The translations under genes and the position numbers were made by a program. From contig CALUMB010000002.1 in the NCBI GenBank assembly GCA_944321645.1, positions 9,209 through 73,208 of the forward strand: a DNA stretch of 64,000 nt, in the 5' to 3' direction. Positions within the stretch are counted from its first letter, which is position 1. Every line of letters starts with the position of its first letter. The notes under the pieces were generated by a model. The model was not told where the DNA came from. It was given only the letters and a program-made list of their open reading frames with translations, and searched no databases. Origin of the DNA: an uncultured Prevotella sp. GTDB taxonomy: Bacteria > Bacteroidota > Bacteroidia > Bacteroidales > Bacteroidaceae. This document shows, in pieces, positions 48,219 through 58,037 of this stretch.

Positions 48219-49058
48219 ATGACTTACAGCGAACTGTGGCGGCCCCTTGCCGCCGTATGCGGCGAAGGCGAGGCAAAGGCCCTCGTGCGCTACGTGCTCG
48301 AGGTGCGCTTCGGGCTTACGCCAACAGACATTTACTGCGGCAAAGTTACACAATTATCCGCAGACAGCCATAGCCAACTGGCCGAAATAATGCGCCGCCT
48401 GGCCGGGGGCGAGCCTGTGCAGTATGTGCTTGGGCAGGCCGAGTTCTGCGGGCGGTGGTTTGAGGTGGGGCCCGGGGTGCTCATCCCCCGCCCCGAGACC
48501 GAAGACCTCTGCCGCTGGGTGGAGGAGGGCAGGGCCGCCGCCGCGCCGCATCCCCGCGTGCTCGACATCGGCACGGGCAGCGGCTGCATAGCCATTACGC
48601 TCGCCCTCGACGTGGCCGGGGCGGAGGTGGCGGCGTGGGACGTGTCGGAAGCCGCCCTTGCCCGCGCCGGGGCTAACGCCAGGAGGCTCGGCGCGGGGGT
48701 CGGCTTCAGCCATACCGACGCGCTCCGCCCGCCGCGCGACGAGTCCGTGTGGGACGTCGTGGTGAGCAACCCGCCATACGTCTGCCTCTCCGAGCGGGCA
48801 GGCATGGAGCGCAACGTGCTCGGCCACGAGCCGCCGGAGGCCCTCTTCGTGCCTGACGGCGACCCGCTGCGCTTCTACCGCGCCATAGCTGCCTATGCCG
48901 CCGACGCGCTCAAGCCGGGCGGCGAGCTGTACTTTGAAATCAACCCGATGTTTGCCGACGAGCTGTGCGCCATGCTCCGGCGTGCGGGCTTCGCCTCGGC
49001 AAGCCTGCGCGACGACCGCTTCGGGCGGCGGCGCATGGCCAAAGCCATAAAGCAATGA
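48219..49058 (+). CDS. prmC: Release factor glutamine methyltransferase
   Basis: 'GEPVQYVLG', 'LIPRPETE', 'LDIGTGSGCIA', 'SNPPY'. Confidence 0.96.
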   Translation: MTYSELWRPLAAVCGEGEAKALVRYVLEVRFGLTPTDIYCGKVTQLSADSHSQLAEIMRRLAGGEPVQYVLGQAEFCGRWFEVGPGVLIPRPETEDLCRWVEEGRAAAAPHPRVLDIGTGSGCIAITLALDVAGAEVAAWDVSEAALARAGANARRLGAGVGFSHTDALRPPRDESVWDVVVSNPPYVCLSERAGMERNVLGHEPPEALFVPDGDPLRFYRAIAAYAADALKPGGELYFEINPMFADELCAMLRRAGFASASLRDDRFGRRRMAKAIKQ

Positions 49059-49543
49059 CAGGACAAATCACCGAAAAGGAAGCGTTGCTGCGCCTCTCCG
49101 CACTCTGCGTGCGCGGCGAGCACTGCTCATACGAGATGGAGGAGAAGATGCGCCGCTGGGGAATGGACGCCGAGGCGCAGGCCAGGGTGCTCGACGCGCT
49201 GCGCCGGGGAAAGTTCGTCGACGACGAACGGTATGCCCGCGCCTTCGTGAGCGACAAGATTCGCTACAACAAGTGGGGCCGCCGCAAGGTGGAGCAGGGC
49301 CTCTGGGCGAAGCGCATCGACGGCGAGGTGCGCCGCCGCGTGCTCGACGAAGTGCCTGACGCCGACTACCTTGCCGTGCTCCGCCCGCTGCTCAAGGCCC
49401 GCGCGCGCTCGGCACGGGGCGCCGACGCTGCCGCGCTCAACCGCAGCCTGGTGCGCTACGCCCTCGGGCGGGGCTTCGACTACCGGCTGGTTAGGCAGTG
49501 CATCGACGTGCCGGACGACATGGAGGACTGCGATGGCTGCTGA
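49055..49543 (+). CDS. recX: Regulatory protein RecX
   Basis: 'C.RGEHC..E', 'FVDDERYARAFV.DK.RYNKWG..K', 'RYALGRGF'. Confidence 0.9.
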   Translation: MTGQITEKEALLRLSALCVRGEHCSYEMEEKMRRWGMDAEAQARVLDALRRGKFVDDERYARAFVSDKIRYNKWGRRKVEQGLWAKRIDGEVRRRVLDEVPDADYLAVLRPLLKARARSARGADAAALNRSLVRYALGRGFDYRLVRQCIDVPDDMEDCDGC

Positions 49544-50228
49544 CCTGTTCGGCCGCCTGCTCGACTTCGTGGCCCCGCGCCGGTGCGCCGTGTGCGGAGG
49601 GAGGCTCGCGGCGGGCGAGCGCGGGCTGTGCGCGGCGTGCCTGTTGCGCCTGCCGCGCACCATGGCCTGGCTCACGCCTGCCGACAACATGGTGGCGCGG
49701 ATGTTCTGGGGCGTGTTCCCCGTGGGGCGGGCTGCCGCGTTCTTCTACTACAAGCCGCACTCCGACGTCGCCCGGGCCATATATGCCATGAAGTACAAGG
49801 GCCGGCCCGACATCGGCTTCGACCTCGGGCGGGCCGCCGCCGTGGAGCTTGCCGCCGCCGGGTTCTTCGACGGGATGGACGTCTTGCTGCCCGTCCCGCT
49901 GGCAAGGAAGCGGCAGAGGCAGCGGGGCTACAACCAGAGCTGGCACATAGCCAGGGGCGTGGCGTCGGCCACGGGGCTGCCCGTCGAAGCGCGGGCCGTG
50001 GTGCGCACGACGTACAGCCGCAGCCAGACGGGGCTTACGCCGGAGCAGCGGCGCGACAACGTGGCCGGGGCGTTCGCGCTGCGCTGTGCCGGGCGGCTCG
50101 AAGGCAGGCACGCGCTGATCGTTGACGACGTGGTTACCACGGGCGCCACCATAGCGGCCTGCGCCGCGGCCATGGCCGCAGTGCCGGGCGCCAGGCTTAG
50201 CGTGCTCACGCTTGGCGCGGCCATTTAG
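49533..50228 (+). CDS. comF: ComF-family protein
   Basis: 'RCAVCG...LCAAC', 'KY.G', 'RGYNQS', 'IVDDVVTTGAT'. Confidence 0.9.
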   Translation: MAADLFGRLLDFVAPRRCAVCGGRLAAGERGLCAACLLRLPRTMAWLTPADNMVARMFWGVFPVGRAAAFFYYKPHSDVARAIYAMKYKGRPDIGFDLGRAAAVELAAAGFFDGMDVLLPVPLARKRQRQRGYNQSWHIARGVASATGLPVEARAVVRTTYSRSQTGLTPEQRRDNVAGAFALRCAGRLEGRHALIVDDVVTTGATIAACAAAMAAVPGARLSVLTLGAAI

Positions 50229-50390
50229 CCCAAGGCAGGCACGCCGCTAAGGGCAATTTTTGCCAACGGGGCCGGTCGGCCAGGTGGGGCTAATCGGCCC
50301 AATTAGCCAATTTTAACGGCTGTTGCGCCACCAAAGCGAAAATGTTTCCTAACTTTGCACACCAATCGATTAACTTAAGTAAGAAAGCAA

Positions 50391-51026
50391 ATGGATTCTA
50401 TCAAGAAAACATTCGCAGCAAAGCTGCTCGAAGTGAGGGCGATAAAGCTGCAGCCAAACAGCCCGTTCACATGGGCTTCGGGATGGAAGTCGCCCTTCTA
50501 CTGCGACAACCGAAAGACTCTCTCGTACCCCGCACTGCGCAGCTTCGTGAAGACGGAGCTGTGCCACGCCATACTTGAAAACTTCCCGGAGGCCACCGCC
50601 ATCGCGGGCGTGGCCACAGGGGCCATCGCCCAGGGCGCGCTCGTGGCCGACCAGCTCTGCCTGCCGTTCGCATACGTGCGCAGCAAGCCCAAGGATCACG
50701 GCCTGGAAAACCTCATTGAGGGCAACCTCGAGCCTAACTCCAAGGTGGTGGTGGTTGAAGACCTCGTGTCTACCGGCGGGAGCAGCCTCAAGGCAGTGGA
50801 GGCGATACGCAAGAACGGCTGCGAGGTGGTGGGCATGGTGGCCTCGTACACCTACGGCTTCGACGTGGCCGAGAAGGCTTTCGAGGCCGCCGGCGTGAAG
50901 CTCGTCACCCTGACCGACTACGCACACGTGGTGGAGCACGCCCTCGAGATAGGCTACATCATGCCCGACGAAGTGGAGGCCATAAACGAATGGCGCAAGG
51001 ACCCGGCCAACTGGAAGCAGCTATGA
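50391..51026 (+). CDS. pyrE: Orotate phosphoribosyltransferase
   Basis: 'FTWASGWKSPFYCDNR', 'YVRSKPKDHG', 'VVEDLVSTGGS'; TAACTTTG at 50350-50357. Confidence 0.97.
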   Translation: MDSIKKTFAAKLLEVRAIKLQPNSPFTWASGWKSPFYCDNRKTLSYPALRSFVKTELCHAILENFPEATAIAGVATGAIAQGALVADQLCLPFAYVRSKPKDHGLENLIEGNLEPNSKVVVVEDLVSTGGSSLKAVEAIRKNGCEVVGMVASYTYGFDVAEKAFEAAGVKLVTLTDYAHVVEHALEIGYIMPDEVEAINEWRKDPANWKQL

Positions 51027-51436
51027 GCAAGTTTGAAAGCAGCGTAAAGCAGGTGCCGTACAGCCAGCAGGCCGTCTATGCCATGCTGAGCGACCTGAGT
51101 AACGTCGAGAGAGTGCGCGACAGGATTCCCGCCGACAAGGTGAAGGACCTTAGCTTCGACAGCGACAGCATCACCGTGGCCGTGCCGCCGGTGGGGCAGC
51201 TGTGCCTGCGCATCGTGGAGCGCGAGGAACCCAAGTGCGTGAAGTTTGAGACCGAACGCTCGCCGATACCGTTCAACCTCTGGATTCAGGTGCTCCCGGT
51301 CACCGAGACGTCGAGCAAGCTCAAGGTTACGGTGAAGGCGGAACTCAACCCGCTGATAAAGGGCATGGTGGCCGGCCCGCTATCAGACGGCGTGGAGAAG
51401 GTTGCCGACGCGCTCGCGGCGATATGCTACGAGTGA
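51023..51436 (+). CDS. SRPBCC-family protein
   Basis: 'SQQAVYAMLSDLSN', 'PFNLWIQ', 'LNPLIKGMV'; conserved pyrE neighbour. Confidence 0.8.
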   Translation: MSKFESSVKQVPYSQQAVYAMLSDLSNVERVRDRIPADKVKDLSFDSDSITVAVPPVGQLCLRIVEREEPKCVKFETERSPIPFNLWIQVLPVTETSSKLKVTVKAELNPLIKGMVAGPLSDGVEKVADALAAICYE

Positions 51437-51502
51437 GCGGTGCCCGCAGCGCACCCTGCGCCACACGCTCCCACTGCCACACATTATTTATAACAAAGAC
51501 CT

Positions 51503-52840
51503 ATGCCAAACAAACTCTGGGAAAAAGACTTTGAGGCCGACAAGGAAATCGAGCGGTTCACCGTGGGGCGCGACCGCGAACTTGACCTCTACCTCGCCAA
51601 GTACGACGTGCTCGGCTCCATGGCCCACATCACGATGCTTGAGAGCATACACTTGCTCTCGCGCCCCGAGCTGGCCTGCCTGCTGGCCGAGCTGAAGGAC
51701 ATATACGCCGCCTGCGAGCGCGGCGAGTTCGCAATTGAGGACGGGGTGGAGGATGTCCACTCGCAGGTGGAGCTTATGCTCACGCGCCGCCTCGGCGACA
51801 TGGGCAAGAAGATACACAGCGGGCGCTCGCGCAACGACCAGGTGCTGGTGGACCTGAAGCTCTTCACGCGCCACGGGCTGATGGACATCGCCCGGAAGTC
51901 AAAGGCTCTGTTCGACGAGCTTATAGCCAAGAGCGATGCCTGCAAGGACGTGCTCATGCCGGGCTACACCCACCTGCAGGTGGCCATGCCAAGCTCGTTC
52001 GGGCTGTGGTTCGGCGCCTACGCCGAGAGCCTGGCCGACGATATGCTCTTCGTGCGGGCCGCCTACGCCATGGCCAACCGCAACCCGCTCGGCTCGGCGG
52101 CGGGCTACGGCTCGTCGTTCCCGCTCGACCGCTCGATGACGACGCGCCTGCTCGGCTTCGACTCCATGGACTACAACGTGGTGTACGCGCAGATGGGGCG
52201 CGGCAAGACGGAGCGCAACGTGGCCTTCGCCATGGCGTCAGTGGCCGGCACGCTGGCCAAGCTGGCCTTCGACGCCTGCCTGTTCAACAGCCAGAACTTC
52301 GGCTTCGTGAGGCTGCCGAAGGAATGCACCACGGGCAGCTCCATCATGCCGCACAAGAAGAACCCCGACGTGTTCGAGCTGATACGCGCCAAGTGCAACA
52401 AGCTGCAGGCGCTGCCGCAGCAGGTAACGCTCATTATGAACAACCTGCCGTCGGGCTATTTCCGCGACCTGCAGATTATAAAGGAGGTCTACCTGCCTGC
52501 GTTCGGCGAGCTGGCCGACTGCCTCGACATGGCGGCCTACATTGTAAACCGCATGGAGGTGCGCCGCGACATACTGGACAACCCGATGTACGACGCGATG
52601 TTCTCCGTGGAGGAGGTCAACCGCCTCGCCGCCGCCGGGATGCCCTTCCGCGACGCCTACAAGAAGGTGGGGCTGGAGATAGAGGCCGGCACGTTCGTGG
52701 CCGACAAGCACATCTGCCACACCCACGAGGGCAGCATAGGCAACCTGCAGAACGACAAGATTGTGGCCATGATGGAAGATACCATGGCCGGGTTCCACTT
52801 CGAGCGGATGCTCGAAGCCGAAAAGCAGCTGCTGGCATGA
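51503..52840 (+). CDS. argH: Argininosuccinate lyase
   Basis: 'HSGRSRNDQ', 'PGYTHLQ', 'GSSIMPHKKNPD'. Confidence 0.97.
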   Translation: MPNKLWEKDFEADKEIERFTVGRDRELDLYLAKYDVLGSMAHITMLESIHLLSRPELACLLAELKDIYAACERGEFAIEDGVEDVHSQVELMLTRRLGDMGKKIHSGRSRNDQVLVDLKLFTRHGLMDIARKSKALFDELIAKSDACKDVLMPGYTHLQVAMPSSFGLWFGAYAESLADDMLFVRAAYAMANRNPLGSAAGYGSSFPLDRSMTTRLLGFDSMDYNVVYAQMGRGKTERNVAFAMASVAGTLAKLAFDACLFNSQNFGFVRLPKECTTGSSIMPHKKNPDVFELIRAKCNKLQALPQQVTLIMNNLPSGYFRDLQIIKEVYLPAFGELADCLDMAAYIVNRMEVRRDILDNPMYDAMFSVEEVNRLAAAGMPFRDAYKKVGLEIEAGTFVADKHICHTHEGSIGNLQNDKIVAMMEDTMAGFHFERMLEAEKQLLA

Positions 52841-53424
52841 GCGCGAGGGCTTTTTTCGTGGCCCTCGCGGCCGCCGCGCTCGCCTCGTCGTGCAACGAGG
52901 CGGAGGACGAGTTCACCAACGAGCCGTGCTTCCTCGTGTTCGACAACTCCGTACACCAGAACGCCACGCTCGCCTCGGCCATGGACGTGATGTCGCCGGG
53001 CGTGTTCTGCCGCATCTCCACCGCGGAGAGGTCGGGGGTGACTTACTTTTTGTTTGAGAACAACCACGGCCAGCAGTCTGAGCCGGACATTGCCAACGCC
53101 ATCGACCAGCAGCGCACGTTCCGCCTTGGCCGCCACAACGGCATAATAGTGGGCTACGGCAACGCCGACATAACCGCGCCCGTGTTCTGCGCCTACGACG
53201 ACCAATGCCCCAACTGCTACACCGGCACGGGCCTCGTGGACCGCTCGCTCGACATGAGCGACAGCGGCATTGCCTCCTGCCCCAACTGCCATTGCGCCTA
53301 CGACATGAACAACGGCGGGATAATCTCCGCCGGCTCGCCCGGCCGCGAGGACGGCGACCGGCTCACGCGCTACCGCAACGCCCGCACGACGGGCGCATAC
53401 GGTGTGCTCAGCGTTACGAATTAG
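52837..53424 (+). CDS. Lipoprotein with Rieske-like layout and two CPNC motifs
   Basis: Lipobox 'LASSC'; 'AYDDQCPNC...ASCPNCHCAYDM..GG...L.RY'. Confidence 0.7.
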   Translation: MSARAFFVALAAAALASSCNEAEDEFTNEPCFLVFDNSVHQNATLASAMDVMSPGVFCRISTAERSGVTYFLFENNHGQQSEPDIANAIDQQRTFRLGRHNGIIVGYGNADITAPVFCAYDDQCPNCYTGTGLVDRSLDMSDSGIASCPNCHCAYDMNNGGIISAGSPGREDGDRLTRYRNARTTGAYGVLSVTN

Positions 53425-53513
53425 GTGCCGCCCCGCCAAGGGGACGGGAAGGGTGGCAAGCGCAAAAGCACATTGATTCTCCACTTTCCACCCTTCACTC
53501 TTCACTTCGTTCC

Positions 53514-53738
53514 TTTAACATTTTTACGTTAAAATTGAGCGGTTGCGCACGCCTTGCGTAACCGCTTGGCTCCCAGCGATTTGCGAAACGTGCCGTTTTG
53601 GCTTCCAAAATGTGCCGTTCCGCAAGCCAAAACGGCCCGTTTCAGGGCGCAAAACGGCCCGTCTTGCAATCCAATCCCGCCCTGGTGTTAAAACGGCGGC
53701 TGCCGTGCCGCCTTCTGTTTGCATATATTCAACTATCT
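53514..53738 (+). repeat. Phased-palindrome intergenic element, copy F
   Basis: Dyad at 53558; units at 53586, 53608, 53630, 53652; GTGTTAAA at 53685; TATATTCAACTATCT end. Confidence 0.85.
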
Positions 53739-53969
53739 TTGCCTGCCTGCGCCGCCTGCCCGGCGGCTTGCCTGGGCGCGGCAGGTCGGCCCGCCCGCCG
53801 GGTTTTGTGCGCCCGCGTTGTGCGCCGCTCCCGGCGGCACGGGCGCGGGGTGGCGGGGTGGCGCATTGGCTTCCGGCTGCCCAGACGCAAAGGCGGCGGC
53901 ACGGGTGTTTGCCCCATGCCGCCGCCTTTGGCTGTGTCTCCCGCCGGGCCGCAGCCCGCGGCGGGTGGC

Positions 53970-55505
53970 TTACTTTGCGTAGGCCACGCTGCGCGTCTCG
54001 CGGATTACGGTAATCTTCACTTGTCCGGGATAGGTCATCTCGGTCTGTATCTTGTTGGCTATGTCGCCGGAGAGAGCCTCGGCGGCCTTGTCGTCCATCT
54101 TGTCGGCGCCCACTATCACGCGCAGCTCGCGCCCGGCCTGTATGGCGTAGGTCTTGGTCACGCCGGGGTAGCTCATGGCTATGGCCTCGAGGTCGTTGAG
54201 CCGCTTGATGTATGCCTCCACGATTTCGCGCCGCGCTCCGGGGCGTGCGCCGCTGATGGCGTCGCACACCTGCACTATCGGGGCGAGCAGCGTGTTCATC
54301 TCGCACTCGTCGTGGTGGGCGGCTATGGCGTTGCAGATGTCGGGCTTCTCCTTGTACTTCTCCGCAATCTTGGCTCCGTAGAGTGCGTGGGGCAGCTCGC
54401 TCTCCTCGTCAGGCACCTTGCCGATGTCGTGCAGCAGCCCGGCGCGCTTGGCTTTCTTGGGGTTGAGGCCGAGTTCGGAGGCCATGACGGCGCATAGGTT
54501 GGCCGTCTCGCGTGCGTGTTGCAGCAGGTTCTGGCCGTAGGAGCTGCGGTACTTCATCTTGCCCACGATGCGTATAAGCTCCGGGTGCAGGCCGTGTATG
54601 CCCAGGTCGATGGCCGTGCGCTTGCCCGTCTCTATTATTTCGTTGTCGAGCTGCTTCTTCACCTTCTGCACCACTTCCTCTATGCGGGCGGGGTGTATGC
54701 GGCCGTCGGACACGAGCTGGTGGAGGGCCAGGCGGCACACCTCGCGGCGTATGGGGTCGAAGGCGCTGATCACGATGGCCTCCGGCGTGTCGTCCACCAC
54801 GATTTCCACGCCCGTGGCGGCTTCCAGGGCGCGTATGTTGCGGCCCTCGCGGCCTATGATGCGGCCTTTCACCTCGTCGTTGTCTATGTGGAACACGCTC
54901 ACGCTGTTCTCGATGGCCGTCTCGGTGGCCACGCGCTGTATGGTCTGTATCACGATCTTGCGCGCCTGTGCGTTGGCGTTGAGCTTCGCCTCGTCCATTA
55001 TTTCGTTTATGTAGCTCTGCGCGTCGGTCTTGGCCTCGTCCTTCATGGCCTCCACGAGCCGCTGCTTGGCCTCCTCGGCGCTCAGGCCCGACAGCTCCTC
55101 GAGCTTGTCGCGCTCCTGCAGCTGCATCTTCTCAAGCTCCTCGGAGCGCATCTGCAGCAGCTTCTTCTCGTTGTCGATGCGCACCTGCTGGTTGTCGAGG
55201 TCGTTCTTGCGGCGGCCCAGCTCTTCCTGGCGCTGGTTGAGCGACAGCTCGCGCTGCTTGAGCTTGTTCTCGCTTTGCTGTATGTGCTGGTTGCGCACCT
55301 GCACTTCCTTCTCCAGCTCGCTTTTCTTGTTGAGGAACTTCTCCTTCACTTCGAGGAGCTTTTTCTCTTTCATCACGTCGGCCTCCTTTGCGGCGGCTTC
55401 GAGCATCTCATTGTATTTCCCTTTCAAGATATATCGGAAAACGAGATAACCGCCCAGCCCTCCGATGATGAAGGCGGCCGCGGCGATAATTACTGTTATG
55501 TCCAT
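53970..55505 (-). CDS. rny: Ribonuclease Y
   Basis: N-terminal TM helix, coiled coil, KH '[13 protein letters not shown]', HD 'LLHDIGK'. Confidence 0.97.
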   Translation of the reverse strand: MDITVIIAAAAFIIGGLGGYLVFRYILKGKYNEMLEAAAKEADVMKEKKLLEVKEKFLNKKSELEKEVQVRNQHIQQSENKLKQRELSLNQRQEELGRRKNDLDNQQVRIDNEKKLLQMRSEELEKMQLQERDKLEELSGLSAEEAKQRLVEAMKDEAKTDAQSYINEIMDEAKLNANAQARKIVIQTIQRVATETAIENSVSVFHIDNDEVKGRIIGREGRNIRALEAATGVEIVVDDTPEAIVISAFDPIRREVCRLALHQLVSDGRIHPARIEEVVQKVKKQLDNEIIETGKRTAIDLGIHGLHPELIRIVGKMKYRSSYGQNLLQHARETANLCAVMASELGLNPKKAKRAGLLHDIGKVPDEESELPHALYGAKIAEKYKEKPDICNAIAAHHDECEMNTLLAPIVQVCDAISGARPGARREIVEAYIKRLNDLEAIAMSYPGVTKTYAIQAGRELRVIVGADKMDDKAAEALSGDIANKIQTEMTYPGQVKITVIRETRSVAYAK

Positions 55506-55531
55506 ATAGTTTGTTTATAAAGTTAATATTC

Positions 55532-55840
55532 TCATTTCTTCTCCCCCAAGGCGTTTTCGATTTCGGCAGACAGTCGCGTGAGAATATCTTCGTATGGCCC
55601 GGTGTCGTTGCGCGCGCGCTCCTTCTGGTACTGCAGCGCGATGTCCACCAGTGTCATTAGTGCTATGGTGTGGTCGCTCTTGCGCCCCTTGAATATTTGG
55701 GCGTAGACGTTGTATCGGTCTGTTATGAGCTTGGCTGCAGCCCGGTAGTGCTCCTCGTCCTTGCGGTCGATCACCACTTCCACCTCTTCGTCGTAGACGT
55801 GCAGCCTGATGTGCAGTTTCCCGCCGGTCTGTCCTGTCAT
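55532..55840 (-). CDS. zapA: Cell division protein ZapA
   Basis: 'DEEHYRAAAKLI'; position upstream of rny. Confidence 0.85.
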   Translation of the reverse strand: MTGQTGGKLHIRLHVYDEEVEVVIDRKDEEHYRAAAKLITDRYNVYAQIFKGRKSDHTIALMTLVDIALQYQKERARNDTGPYEDILTRLSAEIENALGEKK

Positions 55841-55851
55841 GTGTCGTCAGC

Positions 55852-56148
55852 CTATTTCTGCTCCGACAAGATTGCGATGCATTTGTTAACATCCCTTATC
55901 AGTGCCGCGAGCCGGTTCTTGGTGCGCTCGATGTCGTCGTCGGACACCTCCACCATCTTCATCATCTTGAGCGTGTCGTAGTCGTCGGACTTCCGGCGCA
56001 GCTTCCCTTCGAGTTCCTCGATCTGCCGCTCCTTGGCCCCGACCGCCGCCCGCAGGTCGGCGTTCTCCTTCTTCATCTGCTCGAACCGCAGCAGCATCTG
56101 CCTCACGCGGGTCTGGAAGTGTACGAGTGTCTTGTCGTCTGGGGTCAT
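55852..56148 (-). CDS. Coiled-coil protein (ZapB-like)
   Basis: Heptad-rich; C-terminal 'LIRDVNKCIAIL'; upstream of zapA. Confidence 0.7.
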   Translation of the reverse strand: MTPDDKTLVHFQTRVRQMLLRFEQMKKENADLRAAVGAKERQIEELEGKLRRKSDDYDTLKMMKMVEVSDDDIERTKNRLAALIRDVNKCIAILSEQK

Positions 56149-56242
56149 CGTGTGCGCCTCCCTGGCACAGTGTTGCCGAATCCCCCCGCCGCCGGTGTGC
56201 CGCCGGGCGTTGCGGGGGCGGTTGCCTGGTGTTCCTTCTCTC

Positions 56243-56872
56243 TCACTTGCCGCCGTCGTCCTTTGGCTGCGGCTCCTTCTTGGCGAGCATCACCACGGTG
56301 TACACGAAGTTGGTTATCCACCGCTGCGAGAAGCCGAGCCGCTGCGAGTACTCGCGCACGGAGACCACCGCCTTCATCACCCCAGGCTCGGTGTAGTTGT
56401 CCTTGTGGAAGATGTTGTCCACCGTCTTCTCGGTCATGGAGTACATGGCCTTCTTCAGGAACGACGGCAGGCGGAGCTTGAACTTCATCAGGTTGCCCAT
56501 GAGCATCATCAGTTCCTGCGTGAAGTTCTGGAACTGCACGAGGTAGACCTGCACGTCCTGCAGCTTGCGGCAGCGGCGGCGGATGCTCTGGTCTATCTCC
56601 TTGAAGAAGTCGTCGTCGGCGGAGTAGATTTCCTTCAGCATCTTGCGGCACCTCGCCTTCTCGCCCACGCCCAGCTTGTTGTTCACGGTGGGCACGTGGA
56701 GCGTGGTCTTGAACACGCGCAGGTCGGGGAACATCGACAGGTTGGCGATGCCCAGCTCAGAGGCTATCACGGCCTGGAAGTACACCCGCACGAGCGTCAT
56801 GTAGTCCTCCATTCCGCCCACTCTCTGCCCCTCGGGCTCCTTCCGCCCGAGCAATTTGGATATAATGTTCAT
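56243..56872 (-). CDS. Conserved hypothetical protein
   Basis: Normal codon usage; TAACTTTG on the minus strand near 56973-56980; no recognised domain. Confidence 0.7.
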   Translation of the reverse strand: MNIISKLLGRKEPEGQRVGGMEDYMTLVRVYFQAVIASELGIANLSMFPDLRVFKTTLHVPTVNNKLGVGEKARCRKMLKEIYSADDDFFKEIDQSIRRRCRKLQDVQVYLVQFQNFTQELMMLMGNLMKFKLRLPSFLKKAMYSMTEKTVDNIFHKDNYTEPGVMKAVVSVREYSQRLGFSQRWITNFVYTVVMLAKKEPQPKDDGGK

Positions 56873-57085
56873 TTCGTCTTAAGTGTTTGGGCGGCGCGTC
56901 GCGCCCGCGCCGCGGCGGCAGGCAAGGGTTGCGGAAGCTGCCCGTAGCCCGCAATAATTCAATAATTGTGTGCAAAGTTACTTATTTTCCGCGAGAAAGG
57001 AATGATTTTCAACATAAATTCAGCATTGGTAAGAGAAAAAACATTACCTTTGCAAAAAATTTCTATCACATAACCAGGCACAAGC

Positions 57086-57952
57086 ATGAAAGGCATAGTG
57101 TTGGCCGGGGGTAGCGGCACGAGGCTCTATCCCATCACGAAGGGCGTGAGCAAGCAGTTGCTGCCCATCTTCGACAAGCCGATGGTGTATTACCCAATAT
57201 CCGCCCTGATGCTCGCCGGCATACGCGAGGTGCTCGTCATAAGCACGCCGCAAGACCTGCCGGGGTTCAAGAGGCTGCTCGGCACTGGCGTAGGCCTCGG
57301 CATGAGGTTCGAGTATGCCGAGCAACCGTCGCCCGACGGGCTGGCGCAGGCGTTCCTGATAGGCGAGCGCTTCATCGGCGGCGACGCCGTGTGCCTCGTG
57401 CTGGGCGACAACATCTTCTACGGGAGCGGCTTCACCGGGATGCTCAGGGAAAGCGTGGAGGCAGCCGAGGGGCGCGGCCTGGCCACCGTGTTCGGCTACT
57501 ATGTGAACGACCCGGAGCGCTACGGCGTGGCCGAGTTCGACGCCGAGGGCAACTGCATAAGCATAGAGGAGAAGCCCGCGCGGCCAAAGTCCAACTATGC
57601 CGTGGTGGGGCTTTACTTCTATCCCAACAGCGTGGTGGAGGTGGCCAAGGGCGTAAGGCCCAGCGAGAGGGGCGAGCTGGAAATCACGTCGGTGAACCAG
57701 TGCTACCTCGAGCGCAGGCAGCTGAAGGTCAAGACGCTGCAGAGGGGCTTCGCGTGGCTCGACACCGGCACCCACGACAGCCTCAGCGAGGCGAGCACTT
57801 TCATAGAAGTGATAGAGAAGCGGCAGGGGCTTAAGGTGGCCTGCCTCGAGGAGATAGCCTTCAACCAAGGCTGGATAGACCGCCGGCAGCTGCACGAGCT
57901 GGCCAAGCCCATGCTGAAAAACGCCTACGGGCAATACCTCATGAGCCTCTGA
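57086..57952 (+). CDS. rfbA: Glucose-1-phosphate thymidylyltransferase
   Basis: '[14 protein letters not shown]', 'LGDNIF', 'RGELEIT', 'WLDTGT'; TACCTTTG at 57045-57052. Confidence 0.97.
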   Translation: MKGIVLAGGSGTRLYPITKGVSKQLLPIFDKPMVYYPISALMLAGIREVLVISTPQDLPGFKRLLGTGVGLGMRFEYAEQPSPDGLAQAFLIGERFIGGDAVCLVLGDNIFYGSGFTGMLRESVEAAEGRGLATVFGYYVNDPERYGVAEFDAEGNCISIEEKPARPKSNYAVVGLYFYPNSVVEVAKGVRPSERGELEITSVNQCYLERRQLKVKTLQRGFAWLDTGTHDSLSEASTFIEVIEKRQGLKVACLEEIAFNQGWIDRRQLHELAKPMLKNAYGQYLMSL

Positions 57953-58037
57953 CGGGGCCTGGAACTGAAAGTCAAACAAACATTAACAAGCAAGCGCGGG
58001 CCGGGAACTACGGCCCGAAAATAAACAGACAGTCCTG

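Noticed and set aside
55506-55531. 6S RNA downstream of zapA
   Set aside because: The gap to rny is only 26 bp.
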